Below are positions 11,676-24,589 of a stretch of 64,000 nucleotides of DNA, piece by piece. The translations under genes were made by a program, and so were the position numbers. The DNA is taken from contig CM075992.1 of the NCBI GenBank assembly GCA_038087875.1, positions 11,038,001 through 11,102,000 on the forward strand, in the 5' to 3' direction. The first letter of the stretch is position 1. Every line of letters begins with the position of its first letter. The stretch is from Malacoraja senta (lineage: Eukaryota). The notes beneath the pieces were generated by a model, which was given only the letters and a program-made list of their open reading frames with translations, did no database searches and was not told the DNA's origin.

Positions 11676-14600
11676 CAATAGACAATAGGTGCAGGAGTAG
11701 GCCATTCGGCCCTTCGAGCCAACACGACCATTTAATATGATCATGGCTGATCATTCCCAATCCCCGTTCCTGCCTTCTCCCCATATCCCCTGAGTACGAT
11801 ATCGTTAAGAGCCCTATCTAGCTCTCTATTGAAAGTATCCAGATAACCGGCCTCCACCACCCTCTGAGTCAGAGAATTCCACAGACTCACAACTCTCTGT
11901 GAGAAAAAGTGTTTCCACCTCTCCGTTCTAAATGGCTTACCCCTTATTCTGAAACTGTGGCCCCTGGTTCTGGACTCCCCCAACATCGGGAACATGTTTC
12001 CTGCCTCTAGCGTGTCCAAACCGTTAATAATCTTATGTTTCAATAAGATATCCTCTCATCCTTCTAAACTCCAGAGTGTACAAGCCCAGCATTCTCTCAG
12101 CATATGACAGTCCCGCTATCCCGGGAATTAACATTGTAAACCTGCGCTGCACTCCCTCAATACCAAGAATGTCCTTCCTCAAATTACAGGACCAAAACTG
12201 CACACAATACTCCATGTGTGGTCTCACTAGGACCATAAACAACTGCAGAAGGACCTCTTTGCTCCTATATTCAACTTCTCTTGTTATAAAGGCCAACAAG
12301 CCATTCGCTTTCTTCACTGCCTGCTGTACCTGCATGCTTACTTTCATTGACTGATGAACAAGGACCCTCAGATCCTTTTGTATTTCCCCTTTTCCCAACT
12401 TGACACCATTTAGATAGTAATCTGCCTTCCTGTTTTTGCTACCAAAGTGGATAAGTTCACATTTATCCACATTAAACTGCATCTGCCCACCCACTCAACC
12501 TGTCCACGTCACCCTGCATTCACATAGCGTCCTCCTCACAGTTCCCACTGCCACCCAGCTTTGTGTCATCTGCAAATTTGCTAATGTTACTTTGAATCCC
12601 TTCATCTACATCATTGATGGATATTGTAAATAGCTGCAGTCCCAGCACCGAGCCTTGCGGCACCCCACTAGTCACTGCCTGCCATTCTGAAAGGGACCTG
12701 TTAATCCATACTCTTTGTTTCCTGTCTGCCAACCAGTTTTCTATCCATGTCAGCACTCTACCCCCAAAACCATGTGCCCTAATTTTGCCCACTAATCTCC
12801 TATGTGGGAGCTTATCAAATGCTCGTGTGGCAAATAAAGTTTCTATTCTATTCTATTCTTTCTGAAAGTCCAGATACACTTCATCCACTGGCTCTCCCTT
12901 GTCCATTTTCCTGGCTACATCCTCAAAAAATTCCAGAAGATTAGTTAAGCATGATTTCCCCTTCGTAAATCCATGCTGACTCGGACCGATCCTGTTACTG
13001 TTATCCAAATGTGCCGCTATTTCATCTTTTAAGCCTAGCAATAGACATACTGCAAATAGTTAACAGCTCTCTTCAATCAGGCAATTTCCCAAAAGCCTTG
13101 AAAACTGCAGTTATTAAACCCCTTTTAAAAAAGTGGAGCCTAGATGCCTCTATTATTAACAACTATAGACCAATATCAAACCTACCTTTCATAAGTAAAA
13201 TCCTTGAGAAAGTTGTCCTCCAGCAACTTAATCACTTCCTGGCTTCAACTGGCTGCTACGACAACTTCCAGTCAGGATTTCGACCTCTTCATAGCACTGA
13301 GACCACCCTTATTAAAGTTGTAAATGACATCCGTCTTAACAAAGACTCTGGCAAAGTTTCAATATTAATGCTATTAGACCTCAGTGCTGCATTCGACACT
13401 GTTGATCACTCAATACTTTTGGACAGGTTGGAAAAATGGGTGGGACTTTCAGGCACAGTCTTAAGTTGGTTCAGGTCATATCTACAAGATAGGAACTATT
13501 TTGTTTCCATTGGCGGCTTTGTATCAGAACCAACCAACGTGACGTGTGGAGTCCCGCAAGGTTCGATCTTGGGGCCCTCTTTATTCAACATCTACATGCT
13601 CCCACTAGGGCAAATCATGCGAAATAATAATATTGACCACCACTGCTATGCCGATGACACTCAAATCTATGTAGCACTATCACCAAATGACTATCGCCCC
13701 TTAGATCTCCTGTGCCAGTGCATTAAGCAAGTCAAAGACTGGATGTGCCAAAATTTCCTCCAACTAAATAAGGACAAAACGGAGATAATTGTTTTTGGTG
13801 CTAAAAAAAAAAAGGCTTAAAGAAACCCAACACCTTCACTCTCTGTCCCTGAAAACTTCAAAAAAAGCCAGAAATCTCGGGGTTATTATGGATTCAGATT
13901 TACATTTCAACAGTCGCATCAAATCAGTAACAAAATTGGCCTACTATCACCTCAAAAACGTAGCAAGACTAAGAGGACTCATGTCAGCTCAAGACTTAGA
14001 AAAACTTGTACATGCCTTTATTACTAGTAGGCTAGATTATTGTAACGGTCTCCTTGCAGGTCTTCCGGAAAAAAACTGTCAGGCAGCTACAGCATGTTCA
14101 GAACGCTGTTGCTAGAGTTCTAACAAAGACCAAAAAATTTGAACACTTTACACCAATTCTTAAATCCTTACATTGGCTCCCTGTATGTCAGAGAATTGAT
14201 TTCAAAATCCTGCTGCTTACCTATAAATCAATACATGGTTTAGGGCCAAAGTATATCACTGACATGCTTCCACTATATAAGCCTAAGATCTTCTGAGACC
14301 AATCTGTTAGTGATTCCCAGAGTAAATACAAAACATGGGAAAGCAGGATTTAGTTACTATGCAACAAATAGCTGGAATAAACTTCCTGAAGATTTAAGAC
14401 TTGCCCCTACTTTCACCACTTTTAAAACAAGACTGAAAACTTTTATGTTTACTTTAGCTTTCAGCTAAATCTTAACTACATTGCACTTTTAACTTTTGCA
14501 CTTTTCTATAATGCATTTTTAACTTTGCTTTTATTTTCTTTTAATTCTTCTATTTTATTTCATTTTATTATTTCATTTTATTGTATGACATGTTTTTATG

Positions 14601-16965
14601 TGAAGCACTTTGAGTCTGCCTCGTGTATGAAATGTGCTATATAAATAAAGTTGCAGTTGCAGTTATAATTGACTCCAGCATCTTACCCACCACCGATGTC
14701 AGGCAAACTGGTCCATAATTCCCTGTTTTCTCTCTCCCGCCTTTCTTAAAAAGTGGGATAACATTAGCTACCCTCCAATCCACAGGAACTGATCTTGAGT
14801 GTATAGAACATCGGAAAATTATCACCAATACATCCACGATTTCTAGAGCCACTTCCGTAAGTACCCTGGGATGCAGACCATCAGGCCCTGGGGATTTATC
14901 AGCCTTCAGTCCCATCAGTCTATCCAACACCATTTCCTGCCTAATGTTGATTTCCTTCAGTTCCTCTGTCACCCCATATCCTCTGGCAGGATCAGGAAGA
15001 TTGTTTGTGTCCTCCTTAGTGAAGACAGATCCAAAGTACCAGTTCATCTGCCATTTCCTGTTCCCCATAACTAATTTTTTCCTCTTCACATACCTAAAGA
15101 AGCTTTTACTATCCTGCTTTATAATCTTGGCTAGCTTACCTTCGTACCTCATCTTTTCTCCCCGTATTGTCTTTTGGGTTATCTCCTTTTGTTCTTTAAA
15201 CATTACCCAATCCTCTTGCTTCCCGCTCACCTTTGCTACGTTGTACTTTTTCGCTTTAATTTTTATACTGTCCCTGACTTGTCAGCCATGGTCGTCCCTT
15301 TCTCCCCTTAGAATCTTTCTTCCTCCTAGGAATAAACTGATCCTGCACCTTCTGTATTATTCCTAAAAACACCTGCCATTTTTGTTCCACTGTCATCCCT
15401 GCTAGTGTATCTTTCCAGTCAACATTGGCCAGCTCCTCCCTCATGGCCCCTAGTCCCCTTTATTCAACTGCAACACTGACACCTCCGATCTACTCGTCTC
15501 TCTCTCCAATTGTAGATTAAACCTGACCATGTTATGGTCACTGCCTCCTAATGGCTCATTAACCTCCAGGTCCTTTATCAAATCCGGTTCATTACTTAAC
15601 ACTAAATCAAGAATTGCCTTCTCCCTGGTAGGCTCCAATACAAGCTGTTCAAAGAATCCATCACTAAGGCACTCTTCAAAGTCCCTTTCTTGGGATCCAG
15701 TACCAACCTGATTTTCCCAGTCTACCTGCATGTTGAAATCTCCCATAACAACCACAGCATTACTTTTACTACATGCCAATTTTAACTCCTGATTCAACTT
15801 GCGCCCTATGTCCAGGCTACTGTTTGGGGGCCTGTAGATTAGTCTCATTAGGGTCTTTTTACCCTTACAATTCCTTAGTTCTATCCATACTGACTCCACA
15901 TCTCCTGTTTCAATGTCACCCCTTGCAAGGGACTGAATTTCATTCCTCACCAACAGGGCAACCCCACCCCCTCTGCCCACCTTCCTGTCTTTTCGATACG
16001 AGGTATACCCTTGAATATTCAGTTCCCAGCCCTGGCCCTCTTGCCTCAGTAATTCCCACAACATCATACTTGCCAGTTTCTAACTGAGCTTCAAGCTCGT
16101 CCACTTTATTCCTTATACTTCGCGCATTCATATACAGCACTTTGACCTCCGTATTCACTTTTGCCCTCGCACCGATCGCAATTGGCCCTGACCTTACTCT
16201 GTTTTCCATTCTCAAGCTTTCCTTCCGATTAATTCGAGAAACTTTTGTAATTTTTCCTGTAGCCACTTCCCCTTCAACTCCATCTTTATACTCCCAATTT
16301 GTCAATTTGTCAGGATTGGAGCCACCGGCGTGTCCACCGTTCGGACTAGAAACACCGTCTCCCCGAACAGTTCCCAAGAGGGCGTACCTGTTTTCATTAG
16401 GCACAGTCTTGTGCACTCCACGATTTCCACCCTTTCTCTCCGTCACACACCTTGGTTCTTCCCGTAACCTCGGCGTGACTACCTCACTTTATGTCCTGTC
16501 CAGGAAAGTCACGTTTTCCCGGATGGCCCGGAGGTAACCAAGCTGCTTCTCCAATGCCCCAACACGGTCCTTTAGGATCTGAAGCTGGACGAACTTGCCA
16601 TAGTTGTAGCAGCCAGAGGCTCCATTTGTGTCCTTGGGCTCCCATATTCTGCAAGACTCACACAGTCTCATCTGCCCGGACATGTGTTCACCGCGTACCG
16701 TCCTCTTGAGCTTTATGCCTAGCCTCCTCTCCTCAGCCTCCTCGCCAAAGACTCACTTTTCTCACGAGGCACTTCCCTCACAAGGCCGCTGCCTAAGAGC
16801 CGCCTTGCTTATATTGACTGATAAATTGCCTAATTTACCAATTTACAAACCAAATTCCTCAGTTTTAAACTATTTCCCCCCTCTGACTCACTTCAAACTC
16901 TCCTCCCACTCGGGCTAGAGCCAATCAATGCTTTTTCCTGCTTCTCTTTGCTGCTGTTTCTTCAA
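11676..16965 (-). mobile_element. CR1 LINE of unit 1 (degraded; interrupted by L2; most of the ORF1 esterase deleted)
   Basis: (CTATTGT)n-type 3' tail at the left end; RT fragments ([16 protein letters not shown]) and APE endonuclease fragments (YMNARS, MGDFN, SDH); ORF1 deletion junction near 16305. Confidence 0.92.
13032..14662 (+). mobile_element. 5'-truncated L2 LINE inserted in the unit 1 CR1
   Basis: RT motifs (NYRPISNLPF, QSGFR, LDLSAAFDT, GVPQGS, YADD), L2-type C-terminus (SRLDYCN, LHWLP) and tail aataaagttgcagttgcagtt. The flanking CR1 rejoins seamlessly (ttcatctttta|taattgac). Confidence 0.9.
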
Positions 16966-18335
16966 AATCCACGGGAGTTAATCAGCCCCTTCCCCACTTG
17001 AATCGACATATCACTTGCCAGGCTTTGTCCTGCCCCGACTTCTCCACCAGCTTTCTTCCCCCCCCCTCCCCCCACGACAACCCGAAATGTCACCTGTACT
17101 TGTTCTCCAGTGATGCTGACTGGTCTGCTGAGTTACTCTAGCACTTTGAGTCTTTTTCTATAAGCCAGTATCTGCAGTTCCTGAATGGCGGATGGTACGG
17201 ATGGTTCAACGGGTATCCATGACGCCAAGATGGGGAAAGATGACGCAAGGCAGTACCTCACTCTGCCTCAAGTTTCCCTGTCTCCCCACCTTCAATCACC
17301 AGGTGTCTCTAACCCTATCAAGGGAAGACTGCTCATTCCAGAATCGCATTGCCTCAAGAGCCAGTGTATCAGCGATGGAAGCTTGGACAAAGCTAACCGC
17401 CCTTACTATCAGAGCACACCAAAGCCTTCGGTTGCGAAAAGACTAAGAAAATTGTTCTATTCCTCGTGATGAATATTTGAATGAGAGTGAATCATGAGGT
17501 GGTCTAGGAGGCACGAGAGATCGCAGAAGATGGGATCTGGCACAACAAAGGAGAGTTGTCAGTGGGTCAGGCAGCATCTCTGGTGGAAAATGGACAGGTT
17601 CTGACCTTCATGCGGGCAGAAATAATAGAAGGGAGATAGCCACTGCATAGAGTGGGGGGAGGGCTTGGGGCAAGTGTGGAAAGTGATAGGTGGATACAGA
17701 TGAGGAAGTGTTAATTAGCAGATGTAGTGAGGTGGGGCAGGGAAGAGTGGAGATAGAGACAGGGATCTGGAGGTGATGTGGAAACAAGAAAAGGCTGCGG
17801 TTTCTGGAATTTGATAGGAAAGCAAGGTGAAGTGTGAATCAATATGGGAAGAGTAATGGGGGATGGAAACAACGGAGTTGGGAGGGGGTCCACTGGGAGG
17901 GATGTGGTGATAGCCAGGTGGGGGGGAGGAGTAAGGGATATTGTGAGAAGCAAGGGTAGGCAAGACTCCTTGTAATGACATAACACACTTCCAAAAAGCA
18001 GAAAGAATCTAAGTTTGCTGATGTAGATGCGGGAGTAACAGAGGAGCAGAGAGGCAGCGGCTTTGTCCGTTTAGGCCTGGGCTGAGCAAAGTTCCCTTTG
18101 CTCAGAGGGTTGTGAGTCTTCCTGTTCCTCACTGTGGAGCCACAGTTGTTGAGGACCCACCAGGCTGACATTGTGAATGTTGATTGAATCAAGGGATGGT
18201 GGAGATGGAGGGACAGATCACGATAGGACCATGAATGATCAGCTGTGGAGTGTGAGGCCTGGCATGGGCAACAGACCACTCATCCCTTCTTGGTTTGTAT
18301 TAAAGCATGGATCTTTTTTCTCCTCCTCCATCCAG

Positions 18336-18488
18336 ATGAGGATGAATGTAATATAACTACTGCACAAGCACTGTGTGGCTCCAACACTGATTGTCACAAC
18401 ACAGTGGGAAACTACTACTGTATCTGTAAGGCAGGATATTTCCACCCGAGCAAACAACGTAACTTCACAGACAACAGAGGCTGCGAAG
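18336..18488 (+). CDS. Adhesion GPCR exon: calcium-binding EGF-like domain, copy 2
   Basis: Same splice signals as copy 1, 153 nt, phase 1-1; [51 protein letters not shown]. Confidence 0.9.
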
Positions 18489-18630
18489 GTGGGTGCTGAC
18501 ACTCATATTTTAGTATTTAATACTTTACTGTTTTGTCTCACTGGGGAGCTTGTGCTTTGAACTTGGCATGAAAGGGTAGAGGCAAGGCCATAGCAGCTGG
18601 CTTCAGGTACATAGAAGAGTATTGGAAAAT

Positions 18631-21600
18631 CAATAGACGATAGGTGCAGGAGTAGGCCATTCGGCCCTTCGAGCCAACTCAACCAATTAATGTGATCATG
18701 GCTGATGGATAATGATCTTCCCCAATCCCCGTTCCTGCCTTCTCCCCATATCCCCTGACTACGATATCGCTAAGAGCCCTATCTAGCTCTCTATTGAAAG
18801 TATCCAGAGAACTGGCCTCCATCACCCTCTGAGGCAGAGAATTCCACAGACTCACAACTCTCTGTGAGAAAAAGTTTCCACGTCTCCGTTCTAAATGGCT
18901 TACCCCTTATTCTGAAACTGTGGCCCCTGGTTCTGGACTCCCCCAACATCAGGATCATGTTTCCTGCCTCCAGCGTGTCCAAACCCTTAATAATCATATG
19001 TTACAATAAGATATCCTCTCATCCTTCTAAACTCCAGAGTATACAAGCCCAGCTGGTCCATTCTCTCAGCATATGATAGTCCCACCATCCCTGGAATTAA
19101 CCTTGTAAACCTGTGCTGCACTCCCTCAATAGCAAGAATGTCCTTCCTCAAATTACAGGACCAAATCTGCACACAATATTCCAGATTTGGTCTCACTAGG
19201 GCCCTAAACAACTGCAGAAGGACCTCTTTGCTCCTATATTCAACTTCTCTTGTTATAAAGGCCAACATGCCATTCGCTTTATTCACTGCCTGCTGTACCT
19301 GCATGCTTTCTTTCATTCACTGATGAACAAGGACCCTCAGATCCTTTTGTACCTCCCCTGTTCCCAACTTGACACCATTTAGATAGTAATCTGCCTTCCT
19401 GTTTTTGCTACCAAAGTGGATAACTTGTCATTTATCCACATTAAACTGCATCTGCCATGCATCTGCCCACCCACTCAACCTGTCCAAGTCACCCTGCATT
19501 CTCATAGCATCCTCCTCACAGTTCACACTGCCACCCAGCTTTGTGTCATCTGCAAATTTGCTCATGTTACTTTGAATCCCTTCAACTAAATCATTGATGT
19601 ATATTGTAAATAGCTGCAGTCCCAGAACCGAGCCTTGCGGCACCCCACTAGTCACTGCCTGCCATTCTGAAAGGGACCTGTTAATCCATACTCTTTGTTT
19701 CCTGTCTGCCAACCAATTTTCTATCCATGTCAGTCAGCACTCTACCCCGAATATCATGTGCCCAAATTTAGCCCACTAATCTCCTATGTGGGACCTTATC
19801 AAATGCTTTCTGAAAGTCCAGGTACACTTCATCCACTGGCTCTCCCTTGTCCATTTTCCTAGTTACATCCGCAAAAAATTCCAGAAGATTAGTTGAGCAT
19901 GATTTCCCCTTCGTAAATCCATGCTGACTCAGACTGATCCTGTTACTGCTATCCAAATGTGCCGCTATTTCATCTTGTATAATTGACTCCAGCATCTTAC
20001 CCACCACCGATGTCAGGCTAACTGGTCTATAATTCCCTGTTTTCTCTCTCCGGCCTTTCTTAAAAAGTGGGATAACATTAGCTACCCTCCAATCCACAGG
20101 AACTGATCCTGAGTGTATAGAACATTGGAAAATTATCACCAATGCATCCACGATTTCTAGACCCACTTCCTTAAGTACCCTGGGATGCAGACCATCAGGC
20201 CCTGCGGATTTATCAGCCTTCAGTCCCATCAATCTATCCAACACCATTTCCTGCCTAATGTGATTTCCTTCAGTTCCTCTGTCACCCCAAATTCTCTGGC
20301 CACTACTATATCAGGAAGATTATTTGTGTCCTCCTTAGTGAAGACGGATCCAAAGTACCTGTTCAACTCATCTGCCATTTCCTTGTTCCCTGTAATAAAT
20401 TCACCTTTTTCGGTCTTCAATGGTCCAACTTTGGTCTTAACTAACTTTTACCTCTTCACATACCTAAAGAAGCTTTTACTATCCTGCTTTATATTCTTGG
20501 CTAGCTTACCTTCTTACCTCATCTTTTCTCCCCGCAATGTCTATTTGGTTATCTCGTGTTCTTTAAACATTACCCAATCCTCATGCTTCACGCTCACCTT
20601 TGCTACGTTGTACTTTTTCGCTTTAATTTTTATACTGTCCCTGACGTCCCTTGTTAACCATGGTTGTCCCTTTCTCCCCTTAGAATATTTCTTCCTCCCA
20701 GGAATAAATTGATCCTGCACCTTCTGTAATATTCCTAAAAACACCGGCCATCTTTGTTCCACTGTCATCCCTGCTAGTGTATCTTTCCAGTCAACTTTGG
20801 CCAGCTCCTCCCTCATGGCCCCATAGCCCCCTTTATTCAACTGCAACACTGATACCTCCGATCTACTCTTCTCCCTCTCCAATTGTAGATTAAACCTGAC
20901 CATGTTATGGTCACTGCCTCCTAATGGCTCATTAACCTCGAGGTCCTTTATCAAATCCGGTTCATTACTTAACACTAAATTGCCTTCTCCCTGGTAGGCT
21001 CCAATACAAGCTGTTCAAAGAATCCATCACTAATGCACTCTACAAAGCCCCTTCCTTGGGGTCCAGTACGAACCTGATTTTCCCAGTCTACCTGCATGTT
21101 GAAATCTCCCATAACCACAGCATTACTTTTACTACATGCCAATTTTAACTCCTGATTCAACTTGCGCCCTATGTCCAGGCTACTGTTTGAGGGCCTGTAG
21201 ATTAGTCCCATTAGGGTATTTTTACCCTTACAATTCCTTAGTTCTATCCATACTGACTCCACATCTCCTGCTTCAATGTCACCCCTTGCAAGGGACTGAA
21301 TTTCATTCCTCACCAACAGGGCAACCCCACCCCCTCTGCCCACCTTTCTGTCTTTTCGATAGGAGGTATACCCTTGAATATTCAGTTCCCAGCCCTGGCC
21401 CTCTTGCAGCCATGTCTCAGTAATTCCCACAACATCATACTTGCCAATTTCTAACTGAGCTTCAAGCTCGTCCACTTTATTCCTTATACTTCGTGCATTC
21501 ATATACAGCACTTTGACCTCCGTATTCACTTCCCCCCTCGCACTTGGCCCTGACCTTACTCTGTTGTCCATTCTCAAGCTTTACTTCCCATTAATTCGAG

Positions 21601-22925
21601 AATCTTTTGTAATTTTTCCTGTCGCCACTTCCCCTTCAACTTCATCTTTATACTCCCAATTTGTCAATCCCTCCTCCCCACTATTTAGTTTAAACCCGCA
21701 CGTGCAGCCCTAGCAAACCTGCCTGCCAGAATGTCGGTCCCCCTCCAGTTAAGGTGTAACCAGTCCCTTTTGTACAGGTCACCCCTACCCCAGAAGAGAT
21801 CCCAGTGGTCTATAAATCTAAATCCTTGCTCCCTACACCAGCCCCTCAGCCACACATTGAGATCCCCTATCTCCCTGTTCCGGTCCTCACTAGCACGTGG
21901 TACTGGAAGCAATCCAGAGATAACCACCCTAGAAGTCCGGCATTTCAGTCTACTTCCCAACTCTCTGAAGTCATGTTGGAGATCCTCCTTCCACTTCTTC
22001 CCAATGTCGTTTGTGCCTACGTGCACAACTACTGCCGGCTGTTCACCTTCTCTCTCTCTCTCTCTCTCTCTCTCGAGGATGTTCAGAATTTGGCTCGTGA
22101 CATCCTGAACCCTGGCACCAGGGAGGCAACAGACCATCCTCGCATCTCGTCTGTCGCCACAGAATCTCCTGTCCATTCCTCGGACAATGGAGTCACCCAC
22201 CACTAGGGCTCTGCCCATCGTCGGTCTCGCCGGTCGAGTCCCATCTTCAGGATTGGAGCCACCGACGTGTCCACCGCTCGGACTGGAAACATCGTCTCCC
22301 TGGACAGTTCCCAAGAGGGCGTACCTGTTTTCATTAGGCACAACCACCTGAGTCTTCTGTACTCCATGATTTCCACCCTTTCTCTCCGTCACACACCTTG
22401 GTTCTTCCCGTAACCTCGGCGTGACTACCTCACTGTATGTCCTGTCCAGGAAACTCTCGTTTTCCCGGCTGGCCCTGAGGTCATCCAGCTGCTTCTCCAG
22501 TGCCCCAACACGGTCCTTTAGGAGCTGAAGCTGGAAGAACTTGCCACAGGTGTAGCAGCCAGAGGCTCCATCTGTGTCCCTGGGCTCCCATATTCTGCAA
22601 GACTCACACTGTCTCATCTGCCCCGACATGTGTTCACCGCGTTCCATCCTCTCCAGCTTTATGCGTAGCCTCCTCTCCTCAGGCTCCTCGCCAAAGACCC
22701 TCGAGCCAAAGACGCACACTTTTCTCACAAGGCACGTCCCTCACAAGGCCGCTCTCTAAGAGCCGCCTAGCTTATATTGACTGATAAATTGCCTAATTTA
22801 CCAATTTACAAACCAAATTCCTCAGTTTTAAACAGTTTTCCTCCTCTGACTCACTTCTAACTCTCCTCCCACTCGGGCCAGAGCCAATCAGTGCTTTTTC
22901 CTGCTTCTCTTTGCTGCTGTTTCTT
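18631..22925 (-). mobile_element. Near full-length CR1 LINE of unit 2 (ORF1 open, ORF2 frameshifted)
   Basis: 3' tail; ORF2 APE + RT split over several ORFs (20975-21577, 20541-20975, 19768-20247, 19428-19712, 18987-19316); ORF1 21685-22629; putative 5' UTR. Confidence 0.95.
21685..22629 (-). CDS. CR1 ORF1p: Cys-rich knuckle, coiled coil and SGNH esterase domain
   Basis: MSGQMRQCESC...CYTCGK, heptad LQLLKDRVGALEKQLDDL, esterase blocks VVGDSIVRG, CLPGA, HVGTND, DWLHLN; open for 314 codons from the ATG at 22629. Confidence 0.85.
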   Translation of the reverse strand: MSGQMRQCESCRIWEPRDTDGASGCYTCGKFFQLQLLKDRVGALEKQLDDLRASRENESFLDRTYSEVVTPRLREEPRCVTERKGGNHGVQKTQVVVPNENRYALLGTVQGDDVSSPSGGHVGGSNPEDGTRPARPTMGRALVVGDSIVRGMDRRFCGDRRDARMVCCLPGARVQDVTSQILNILEREREREREGEQPAVVVHVGTNDIGKKWKEDLQHDFRELGSRLKCRTSRVVISGLLPVPRASEDRNREIGDLNVWLRGWCREQGFRFIDHWDLFWGRGDLYKRDWLHLNWRGTDILAGRFARAARAGLN

Positions 22926-24294
22926 CAAAATCTACAGGGGTCAATCAGCTCCTTCCCCACTTGTATCTACATATCACTTGCCAGGCTTTGTCCTGCCCCG
23001 ACTTCTCTTCCAGCTTTCTCCCCCCCGCCCGCCTCCAACGACAACCAGAAATGTCAACTGTACCTGTGCTCCAGTGATGCTGCCTGGTCTGCTAAGTTAC
23101 TCCAGCACTTTGAGTCTTTTTCTATAAGCCAGTATATGCAGTTCCTGAATGGCGGATGGTACGGATGGTTCAACGGGTATCCATGACACCAAGATGGGGA
23201 AAGCCGAGTCAAGGTCAGGGTACCTCACTCTGCCTCAAGTTTCCCAGTCTCCCCACCTTCAATCACCAGGTGTCTCTAACCCTATCAAGGCAAGACTGCT
23301 CATTCCAGAATCGCATTGCCTCAAGAGCCAGTGTATCAGCGATGGAAGCTTGGACAAAGCTAATCGCCCTTACTTTCAGATCGCACCAAAGCCTTTGGTT
23401 GTGAAATGTCCAAGAAAATTGTTCTATTTCTCTAGTAATGAATATTTGAATGAGAGTGAAACATGACATAGTCTAGGAGGCACGAGAGATCACAGATGCT
23501 GGGATCTGGCACAAAAAAGTAGAGTGGTCACTGGGTCAGGCAGCATCTCTGGTGGAAAATGGACAGGTTCTAATCTTCATGTGGGCAGAAAGAATAGAAG
23601 GGAGATAGCCACTGCAAAGAGTGGGGGATGGCTTGGGGCAAGTGTGGCAAGTGATAGGTGGATACAGATGAGGAAGGGTTAATTAGCAGATGGAGTGAGG
23701 TGGGGCAGGGAAGGGTGGAGATAGAGACAGGGACAGGGAGGTGATGTGGAAACAAGAAAAGGCTGCGGATTCTGGAATTTGATAGGAAAGCAAGGTGAAG
23801 AGTGAATCAATATGGGAAGAGTAGTGGGGGATGGGAACAATGGAGGGGGGAGGGGGTCCACTGGGAGGGATGTGTGGTGATGGCCAGGTGGGGGGAGGAG
23901 TGAGGGGTATTGTGAGAAGCAGGGGTAGGCAAGACTCCTTCTAATGACATACACTTCACAAAAAACAGAAAGAATCTAAGTTTGCTGATGTAGATGTGGG
24001 CGTAACAGAGGAGCAGAGAGGCAGCTCGTTTAGGCCTGGGCTGAGGAAAGGTCCCTGTGCTCAGAATGTTGCGAGTCTTCCTGTTCCTCACTGTGGAGCC
24101 ACAGTTGTTGAGGACACACCAGGCTGACATTGTGAATGTTGATTGAATCAAGGGATGGTGGAGATGGAGGGACAGGTCACGATAGGACCAGGAATGATCA
24201 GCTGTGGAGTGTGAGGGCTGGCATGGGCAACAGACCACTCATCCCTTCTTGGTTTTTATTAAAGCTTGGATCTTTTTTCTCCTCCTCCATCCAG

Positions 24295-24447
24295 ATCAAG
24301 ATGAATGTAATGGAACCTCTGCACAAACACTGTGTGGCAACAACACTGATTGTCACAACACAGTGGGAAGCTACTACTGTACCTGTAAAGCAGGATATTT
24401 CCACCCGAGCAAACAACGTAACTTCACAGACAACAGAGACTGCAAAG
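24295..24447 (+). CDS. Adhesion GPCR exon: calcium-binding EGF-like domain, copy 3
   Basis: Same splice signals, 153 nt, phase 1-1; [51 protein letters not shown]. Confidence 0.9.
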
Positions 24448-24589
24448 GTGGGTGGTGACATTCATATTTTTGTGTTTAATACTTTACTGTTTTGCCTCAC
24501 TGGGGAGCTTGTGCTTTGTACTTGGCATGAATGGGAAGAGGCAAGGCCATAGCAGCTTGTTTCAGGTACATAGAGGAGTATTGGAAAAT

